From: Chitinophagaceae bacterium
GTDB taxonomy: Bacteria; Bacteroidota; Bacteroidia; Chitinophagales; Chitinophagaceae
NCBI GenBank assembly: GCA_046303455.1
Contig: JBKCGF010000097.1
Span: forward strand, 1-30,215
DNA: 30,215 nt
Direction: 5' to 3'
Below, in pieces: positions 18,501 to 24,300 of the stretch (positions within the stretch are counted from its first letter, which is position 1; each line of letters opens with the position of its first letter). The notes below the pieces were generated by a model. That model searched no databases, was not told the DNA's origin, and worked only from the letters and a program-made list of their open reading frames with translations. The translations under genes were made by a program, and so were the position numbers.

Positions 18501-18904
18501 TTAATCCTAAGCTCATTGAGGTTGCCATTGTAAAACACAACCATTTTATTGTTGACCAATCTTGTTACACCCCCAGTATTTTGCCAATCTATTCCTAGTC
18601 CAATATTTGATTGTCTGAATTCATTAAAACTATTATACACAACGATATTGGCTCTTCTTTGAAGTCCATATTCCACAAACTCTTCTACAGCCGCAATTTC
18701 TTCTTCTGCTACTTGTGCAACAAATTTTCCAAGTGACAGTCCACCTTCATGATAATAAGTATTGAAGTTTCTGGTTTGGTAATATTTCCAGCTGATTTTT
18801 TTATACTGAACCCTGTTTTTACCAAATTCTACAGTGCTTACTTGTCCTGTTACTTGCAGTACTATAAAAACAAAGGCTATTATGGAATAGACTGATTTTC
18901 TCAT
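15542..18904 (-). CDS. Large outer-membrane protein: signal peptide, N-terminal globular region, PD40/TolB-like beta-propeller repeats, K/E-rich linker, C-terminal Omp85/BamA-type beta-barrel
   Basis: I place the start at ATG 18904 (MRKSVYSIIAFVFIVLQVTGQ signal peptide) rather than the ORF-track TTG 18967. PD40-like strings include LAWDPKGSRLLVIYTEEG and SDIFVYKINERSFDQITN...FSSNR. Omp85-like strings include YYLGGTDGW...LRGHKQNVANGNNNIVINSEFRLPL...FTDLGAAW. The terminal residue is Phe. Confidence 0.65.
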   Translation of the reverse strand: MRKSVYSIIAFVFIVLQVTGQVSTVEFGKNRVQYKKISWKYYQTRNFNTYYHEGGLSLGKFVAQVAEEEIAAVEEFVEYGLQRRANIVVYNSFNEFRQSNIGLGIDWQNTGGVTRLVNNKMVVFYNGNLNELRIKIRQGIAQILVQNMLFGDDLGEFASNQALLDLPKWLTDGYVAYVGENWSPALDDQLKSALLSGKYKTFYQFAFAEPQLAGHSFWRFIGEKYKKDNITYFLYLSRIYKSLNAASLKITKQKFKDLLQEFMQVEADKYLDDTRGRRNLPKGNIVAIEEKSTREDFYSFQANPIARNNTYAMVQYKKGIYRVVFEDLSEKRKVLLKAGILNYQDELNPNYPILAWDPKGSRLLVIYTEEGKIKMFVYDIVSRIKTNKQTLDEFQQIQDAKFMLDNNTLVMSAAKNGQSDIFVYKINERSFDQITNDVYDDLDPSFAAFPNKNGILFSSNRPSANAIKSDTAIASRNNFNVFMVDNWTKSEFRQITMLTNQRYGQARFPLQYNVNHFTFVSDANGIGNRYAGFFTTKRAGLDTIYSIGDDVLRNPDRKELDSTLKAWEKSVPDSIGYISITNDSTYVFPITNYQSSLQETRGAGDNNQVSEVRQEGDLKFLYKLKINESVLTKRNINAKPTAYIKELMEEERKKKAGAVRYQQEKNTPSKGEKKSVLFQTEFEEQAKEVTPITPIEDPINQKEDVIKKAKLFDYKLKFGSDYIVSGFNNSVLVNRYQPYGGGSGPIYLANTDNLNGILRMGISDLMEDKKFIGGFRLATNLRDNDYLASFQNLKRRFDWGLTYYRSNQEWYPIYDFNDIKSQLRNRMASNLFQFNVSYPFNEVKSIRASLGYRSDRSIIYSDANFTPSLSMPDTVLKYALLRLEYVHDNTIYPTLNIWNGLRYKIYTDINSRLVNRKTNGSFMFNVGGDLRYYYPIFRNFIWAGRAAADFSFGSEKLIYYLGGTDGWLTPKFNNGVIPAPDQDYAYQTLALNLRGHKQNVANGNNNIVINSEFRLPLLSTFINRPINNAFLRNLQLVQFTDLGAAWNGQFKQLSRPSEVYGLPPVQVIIKTGGVGPFVGGYGFGARSTLLGYFLRLDAGWPMGGFFDGKPRWYFSLGLDF

Positions 18905-18930
18905 GCGATGATGATTCAATATGAATTGGG

Positions 18931-18938
18931 TACCTTTG
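18931..18938 (+). promoter_or_regulatory. Candidate -7 promoter box (TAccTTTG) for the MBL-fold hydrolase gene
   Basis: Exact TAnnTTTG in the 75-nt divergent gap, 41 nt upstream of ATG 18980. Confidence 0.4.
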
Positions 18939-18979
18939 TGAACTCTAAAATTAAAGCTTTTAACCAAGAAATCTGACCA

Positions 18980-19621
18980 ATGCTAAACGTTAAAATTTTC
19001 CAGTTCAATCCCTTGCAGGAGAACACTTATCTGGTGTATGACGACCAAAAAAACTGCCTGATTTTTGATCCGGGTTGTTATTTCGACAATGAAAGGGATG
19101 CCTTGGTTGGTTTTATCGGGGAAAAGGGACTAAAACCAGTACAATTATGGAATACACATTGTCATTTAGACCATGTTTTTGGGAATAAGTTCATCTATGA
19201 AACCTATCAGTTAGAGCTTTACATCCACGAAGGTGAGAAAAAGGTATTGGATAGGGCTCCGGAGAGTGGTTTGATGTGGAATATACCTTTTGATAATTAT
19301 GCTGGTCCCATTCACACCATCCAGGGTGATACATCTTTCTCATTTGGAGGTGAAACTGTCCAGATTTTAGAAACCCCAGGACACTCTCCAGCCAGCATCA
19401 GTTTTTATTTCCCCAATTCAGGGTTTGTCATAGCTGGTGATGTACTTTTCAGAGAAAGTGTAGGCAGAACGGATTTGCCAGGGGCAAATCCGGATATCCT
19501 TGTAAACAGTATCCTGCAAAAACTGTATAGTTTGCCCGACGAAACCATCGTTTATTCAGGTCATGGTATGCCAACTACAATTGGTCATGAAAAAAAGCAC
19601 AATCCTTTTGTGAAAGCCTAA
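18980..19621 (+). CDS. MBL-fold metallo-hydrolase (glyoxalase II / YcbL-like)
   Basis: 213 aa. HCHLDH metal-binding motif, later TPGHSP, and a distal GH. Confidence 0.85.
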   Translation: MLNVKIFQFNPLQENTYLVYDDQKNCLIFDPGCYFDNERDALVGFIGEKGLKPVQLWNTHCHLDHVFGNKFIYETYQLELYIHEGEKKVLDRAPESGLMWNIPFDNYAGPIHTIQGDTSFSFGGETVQILETPGHSPASISFYFPNSGFVIAGDVLFRESVGRTDLPGANPDILVNSILQKLYSLPDETIVYSGHGMPTTIGHEKKHNPFVKA

Positions 19622-19630
19622 TAGGGATTG

Positions 19631-21154
19631 CTACTTGTATAGTTTTTTTAGAACAGGAATATTTATCAACTCTTTTTTTTCTCTTTTCACAACAATCCAA
19701 CCATAGGCAAGTAAAAGCGTGATACCAATTGGATGCAGCAAATAGAGTTCTGTATTCGCCATGCGTAAGGAATAGTGTATTCCGAAAAAGAGGACTGCAA
19801 TTGCAATATAGAGGAATCCATTTTTTATGTCGTATGGTATGGGATAATGTTTCTGACCTTGTATAAAACTGATTACCATCATGCTGCCATAACAAACAAC
19901 AGTTGCGATAGCGCATGCCAGATAGCCAAGATAAGGGATCAATAAATAGTTGACCAGTATTGTTAGGATTGCACCAATCAAAGTAATAATTGCGCCTGTC
20001 ATGGTCTTATTGGTGAGTTTATACCAAACCGACAAATTATAATAGATGCCAAGAAAGATTTTGGCTAACATGAGAATTGGGACGATAAACAATCCCTGCA
20101 AGTATTCTGGATGTTTGTTAATTCCCATGAAGTGTTTCCAAATATCTAGAAACAAAACAACTCCAAGAAAACAAAGGCTGCAAACGATAATAAAAAAGTG
20201 CATGATTTTTGCGTATGTCTCTCCGGCATTGTCTTTGTTCGCTTGTTTAAAAAAGAAAGGTTCGGCACCCATCCTAAATGTTTGAATGAACAAAACAATC
20301 AGCACTGCCAGTTTATAATTAGCACTGTAAATACCATTTGCAGATCTGGCTTCTTCCGCTGTGCCATTAAAATGATAAACAATCATGAACCTATCGATTG
20401 TCTCATTAATGATGCCGCCAAAACCTACAATGATCAGGGGTGTAGAGTAGATGAAAATTTCCTTGAGTAATTTTTTGTCGAGGTTAACCTGAAAGCCAGT
20501 AAATTCTTTTACAAGCATTAATAGTGTTGCTGCAGATGCAATAAGATTGGCAATGAAAACATAACCAATGCCAATATTGGGGTTATACAGTGAGGCAAAA
20601 AAGCTTTGTTTTCCAGACTCATAATCTTCTTTGCAGAAATAGAGAAAGAAGATTACAAAAAACATGTTGATGAGTATGTTCAGGAGTTTTATTGCAGCAA
20701 ATTTCTTTGGTTTTCCATCTTGTCTCAACTTTGAGAAGGGAATTACTGCAAAAGTATCCAAGGCGACAATCAGCACAACATACACCAGCCATTCAGGGTG
20801 CTCACCAAGATTCATTGTATCAGCAATATATTGTATTGGAGAAAGCAACAATACCAGTAATGCTGTAGTTGTAATCAACAACATGCTGAAAGTTGTATTG
20901 AATACTTTTTGTTGTTCCTCTTTTTGGGTAAAACGGAAATAGGAGGTTTCCATTCCGTAGGTAAAAACAATATTCAAGAAGGCAGCTGTGGCAAATAAAA
21001 TTGAAATATCCCCATAATCAGCGGAGGCATAAATAAAAGTGAGAATAGGGGTCAGCAAATAATTGATGAACCTGCCCACAATATTGCTGAGTCCGTACCA
21101 AATGGTCTGATTTGCAAGTTGTCTGATGCCTGCCAATTCTTTTTCTTTCGTCAA
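19631..21154 (-). CDS. MOP-superfamily oligosaccharide/polysaccharide flippase (Wzx/RfbX-like)
   Basis: 507 aa with about 14 TM segments. The N-terminus TIWYGLSNIVGRFINYLLTPILT...YGMETSYFRF is typical of polysaccharide-biosynthesis flippases. TTG start inferred. Confidence 0.75.
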   Translation of the reverse strand: MTKEKELAGIRQLANQTIWYGLSNIVGRFINYLLTPILTFIYASADYGDISILFATAAFLNIVFTYGMETSYFRFTQKEEQQKVFNTTFSMLLITTTALLVLLLSPIQYIADTMNLGEHPEWLVYVVLIVALDTFAVIPFSKLRQDGKPKKFAAIKLLNILINMFFVIFFLYFCKEDYESGKQSFFASLYNPNIGIGYVFIANLIASAATLLMLVKEFTGFQVNLDKKLLKEIFIYSTPLIIVGFGGIINETIDRFMIVYHFNGTAEEARSANGIYSANYKLAVLIVLFIQTFRMGAEPFFFKQANKDNAGETYAKIMHFFIIVCSLCFLGVVLFLDIWKHFMGINKHPEYLQGLFIVPILMLAKIFLGIYYNLSVWYKLTNKTMTGAIITLIGAILTILVNYLLIPYLGYLACAIATVVCYGSMMVISFIQGQKHYPIPYDIKNGFLYIAIAVLFFGIHYSLRMANTELYLLHPIGITLLLAYGWIVVKREKKELINIPVLKKLYK

Positions 21155-21228
21155 AATTAAGGGTTATGGAATGTCTTTGCGTAAGTCAGTCTCCATTTCC
21201 TATTTTTACAGCAACTAATTTTTCATTG

Positions 21229-21681
21229 ATGCGTGCAATTGTTCAAAGGGTAGCCAGGGCTTCGGTGACAGTCGACCAAACAGTGGTAGCCAATATTGGC
21301 ACTGGAATGTTGGTCTTGGTTGGTATTGAGGATGCAGATAATATTGAAGATATCCAATGGTTGTCGGCTAAACTGGTTCAACTGAGAATTTTCAATGACG
21401 AAAATGGCACCATGAATCTATCTGTAAAAGATATAGAAGGTGGACTGCTCTTGGTCAGTCAGTTTACCTTGCATGCATCAACCAAAAAAGGGAACCGACC
21501 ATCTTATATCAAAGCTTCAAAGCCAGATGTTGCAGTTCCTTTGTATGATCAACTGAAAAAACAACTGGAGACAGATTTGGGGAAACCAGTGCAGGCTGGA
21601 ATTTTTGGTGCAGATATGAAAGTAGATCTACTCAATGATGGTCCCGTTACCATTATTATTGATACAAAAAACAAAGAATAA
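21229..21681 (+). CDS. dtd: D-aminoacyl-tRNA deacylase
   Basis: 150 aa from ATG 21229 (MRAIVQRVARASV...). SQFTL and NDGPVT motifs are present. The ORF-track start at 21166 adds 21 non-homologous residues. Confidence 0.92.
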   Translation: MRAIVQRVARASVTVDQTVVANIGTGMLVLVGIEDADNIEDIQWLSAKLVQLRIFNDENGTMNLSVKDIEGGLLLVSQFTLHASTKKGNRPSYIKASKPDVAVPLYDQLKKQLETDLGKPVQAGIFGADMKVDLLNDGPVTIIIDTKNKE

Positions 21682-22007
21682 TGACAATTCAAGAGGCACA
21701 ATTGCAGGTGGACAAATGGATCAAAACCATAGGTGTCCGTTATTTCAGCGAATTGACCAATATGGCAATTCTAACTGAGGAGGTGGGTGAATTGGCAAGA
21801 ATCATGGCCAGAAAGTATGGCGACCAATCCTTTAAGAAAAATGAATCAGCGGATGCTTTAGCAGATGAAATGGCGGATGTGCTATGGGTACTTATTTGTT
21901 TGGCCAACCAAACGGGTGTCGATCTTACAACCGCCTTGCAACACAATATTGAAAAAAAGACGAATCGGGATGCAGATCGTCATCAGCAAAATGAAAAACT
22001 GAAATAG
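21681..22007 (+). CDS. MazG-like nucleotide pyrophosphohydrolase (YpjD-type single-domain)
   Basis: 108 aa. EEVGELARI...LADEMADVLWVLICLAN is an EExxE/D helix pair typical of the MazG fold. Its ATG shares one base with the dtd TAA (TAATG). Confidence 0.8.
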   Translation: MTIQEAQLQVDKWIKTIGVRYFSELTNMAILTEEVGELARIMARKYGDQSFKKNESADALADEMADVLWVLICLANQTGVDLTTALQHNIEKKTNRDADRHQQNEKLK

Positions 22008-22056
22008 TCTTTTTGCTATAATTCAAGTTCTGGATTAACCCATCACATCGATTTAT

Positions 22057-22064
22057 TATCTTTG
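22057..22064 (+). promoter_or_regulatory. Candidate -7 promoter box (TAtcTTTG) for glyQS
   Basis: Exact TAnnTTTG ending 6 nt before ATG 22071. The 11-mer TTATCTTTGCG also occurs upstream of mfd. Confidence 0.35.
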
Positions 22065-22070
22065 CGGCCT

Positions 22071-23513
22071 ATGGTAATCAATGACGCTAATAAATTTCAG
22101 GCAATTATATCACATGCTAAAGAGTATGGATTTGTTTTTCAATCCAGTGAAATCTACGATGGCTTAAGTGCTGTATATGATTATGGACCATGGGGAAGCG
22201 AGTTGAAAAAGAACATCAGAGAAGCATGGTGGAATGCCATGACCCGCATGCACGATAATATAGTGGGAATTGATGCAGCTATTTTTATGCATCCTACCAC
22301 CTGGAAAGCATCCGGGCACGTAGATAATTTTAGCGATCCAATGATTGATAACAAAGATTCCAAGAAACGCTACCGTGTGGATCATTTGATTGAAGCGAGT
22401 GCCGATGTTTTGGTGAAAGAAGGAAAGGAGGCCGAAGCGGAGAATTTGTTGCAAACAATGGAAAAGCTGTTGGCTGAAAATGATTTTGCGGGACTCAAAC
22501 AGTTGATTGATGATAACAAAATCAAATGTAGTGTAAGCAATACATGCAACTGGACGGAAGTACGTCAGTTTAACCTGATGTTCTCTACCCAATTGGGTTC
22601 TGTTGCAGAAGATGCAAGTGAAATCTATCTAAGACCAGAAACAGCCCAGGGAATTTTTGTCAATTTTCTAAATGTGCAAAAAACCGCAAGGATGAAAATT
22701 CCATTTGGAATTGCACAGGTTGGTAAGGCATTTAGAAATGAAATTGTTGCTCGGCAGTTTATTTTCCGCATGCGCGAATTTGAGCAAATGGAAATGCAAT
22801 TTTTCATTCGTCCTGGCACACAGAAAGAATGGTATGCCTATTGGAAAGAAGAGCGCATGAAATGGCATACTTCTCTTGGTTTTCCAGTTGAAAACTACCG
22901 TTACCACGATCACGTAAAATTGGCACATTATGCCGATGCAGCTGTCGATATTGAATATGCCTTTCCAATCGGTTGGAAAGAGGTGGAAGGTATTCACAGC
23001 AGGACAGATTTTGATCTAAAAAGCCATCAACAATATAGCGGTAAAAAACTTCAGTATTTTGATCCTGAGATCAATCAGAATTATGTGCCATATGTAATTG
23101 AAACGTCTATTGGTCTTGATAGAATGTTCTTGCTGACTTTATGCCATGCTTATCAGGAAGAGAAGTGGAATAAGGAAGATGGCAGTGAAGACAGCAGAGT
23201 AGTTTTGAAAATACCTGCAAAAATTGCTCCCATTAAACTTGCAGTTTTGCCTTTGTTGAAGAAAGAAGGATTACCTGAAATTGCTAAAGAAATCATGGCA
23301 AGTTGCAGAAATGAGTTTTATTGTTTCTATGAAGAGAAAGATACAATTGGTAAGCGTTACAGAAGAATGGATGCATTAGGAACTCCATTCTGTGTTACCA
23401 TTGATCATCAAACAAAAGAAGATAGAACTGTTACCATTAGGTATCGTGACACAATGCAGCAGGAAAGAATTCCAATTGAAGGGTTGGCGCAATTTATCAA
23501 AGGGAAACTTTAA
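22071..23513 (+). CDS. glyQS: Glycine--tRNA ligase (dimeric alpha2 type)
   Basis: IISHAKEYGFVFQSSEIYDGLSAVYDYGPWG, RPETAQGIF, FRNEI and class-II core motifs. I prefer ATG 22071 to the ORF-track TTG 22062. Confidence 0.93.
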   Translation: MVINDANKFQAIISHAKEYGFVFQSSEIYDGLSAVYDYGPWGSELKKNIREAWWNAMTRMHDNIVGIDAAIFMHPTTWKASGHVDNFSDPMIDNKDSKKRYRVDHLIEASADVLVKEGKEAEAENLLQTMEKLLAENDFAGLKQLIDDNKIKCSVSNTCNWTEVRQFNLMFSTQLGSVAEDASEIYLRPETAQGIFVNFLNVQKTARMKIPFGIAQVGKAFRNEIVARQFIFRMREFEQMEMQFFIRPGTQKEWYAYWKEERMKWHTSLGFPVENYRYHDHVKLAHYADAAVDIEYAFPIGWKEVEGIHSRTDFDLKSHQQYSGKKLQYFDPEINQNYVPYVIETSIGLDRMFLLTLCHAYQEEKWNKEDGSEDSRVVLKIPAKIAPIKLAVLPLLKKEGLPEIAKEIMASCRNEFYCFYEEKDTIGKRYRRMDALGTPFCVTIDHQTKEDRTVTIRYRDTMQQERIPIEGLAQFIKGKL

Positions 23514-24274
23514 TTGCTGATAGCAAAATACAAGCGACCAGCCAATTCTTTTAAGAAGGTCTGCCACCAATCCATCGCTTTTGTTGATGGAATGAGGTAG
23601 TGAGGTTTGAATTTGCCTGCACCAGGTAAAATACTAAGGGCGCAGGGGTAAGTCCTGATTTTGAATCCCTGTTTTTCAAATATTGCACGGGCTCTTTGCA
23701 TGTGAAATGCAGATGTAATTAAGACAATTGACTTGTTATTATCAAGCCCATTTGCTTTGAGTATTGATTTACAAAAAACTGCATTTTCAATAGTATTTCT
23801 TGATTGTTCTTCAGTTAAAATATCATTTGCAGGTATTCCCAGAACTATGAGATTGTTCTTGATAAAAGCTGCTTCTGAAAAATTATCCTCTTTGAATACA
23901 CCGTTTTGTCCACCTGAAACCAATATCTTTTTGATATGCCCCTTTTTATACAATAGTGCAGTTTGTATAAAGCGGTCGGAAGAGATATTGAAATAACCTT
24001 CTTTACTTGTTCTGTCGTAACTCGTGATGCCTCCTAATAAAATTCCTGTTTCATAATTTTCATTATTCTGCATAGGTTGTGGCGGATCGTGGAAAGGCAG
24101 CATTAGATTTGTAATTATCCAGATATTGGAGAAAAAAAAAGCTGCTATTAAGGAAGAAAATAAAAAGGTTGATTTTCTTTTTTCATGTTTTGTGAAGACG
24201 GCCAATACAATTAAAGATAGCACCCATAAAAGTGGATGAAGTAAAACGCCAATTGCTTTTCCAATCCAGAACAT
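23510..24274 (-). CDS. YdcF/ElyC-family (DUF218) membrane-anchored protein
   Basis: 254 aa. Two N-terminal TM helices, then a DUF218-like core (ILLGG...DR...KILVSGG...TEEQSRNTIENA...LITSAFHMQRA). Confidence 0.8.
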   Translation of the reverse strand: MFWIGKAIGVLLHPLLWVLSLIVLAVFTKHEKRKSTFLFSSLIAAFFFSNIWIITNLMLPFHDPPQPMQNNENYETGILLGGITSYDRTSKEGYFNISSDRFIQTALLYKKGHIKKILVSGGQNGVFKEDNFSEAAFIKNNLIVLGIPANDILTEEQSRNTIENAVFCKSILKANGLDNNKSIVLITSAFHMQRARAIFEKQGFKIRTYPCALSILPGAGKFKPHYLIPSTKAMDWWQTFLKELAGRLYFAISN

Positions 24275-24300
24275 AGATCAAAAGTTGTTCTACAGCATTT

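Noticed and set aside
18905-18967. ORF-track upstream starts for the Omp85-like gene (TTG 18967) and, similarly, dtd (21166..21228)
   Set aside because: In both cases an internal ATG gives the family-typical N-terminus: the signal peptide MRKSVYSIIAF... for the Omp85-like gene and MRAIVQRV... for dtd. The extensions would consume the divergent promoter gaps.
22164-22997. Minus-strand ORFs of 142, 109, 64 and 60 aa antisense to glyQS
   Set aside because: Shadow ORFs within a conserved synthetase frame, with no recognisable domains. The same reasoning covers 9072..9704 and 10036..10320 (inside the LutB-like gene), 11849..12392 (purH), 20046..20942 (flippase) and 60..269 (tkt).
24132-24140. A9 homopolymer (T9 on the coding strand) inside the YdcF gene as a possible slipped-strand phase-variation switch
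   Set aside because: It simply encodes a Phe-Phe-Phe stretch in a TM helix. It is short for a contingency tract and sits in a housekeeping-type envelope gene. No similar tracts lie near surface-antigen genes.
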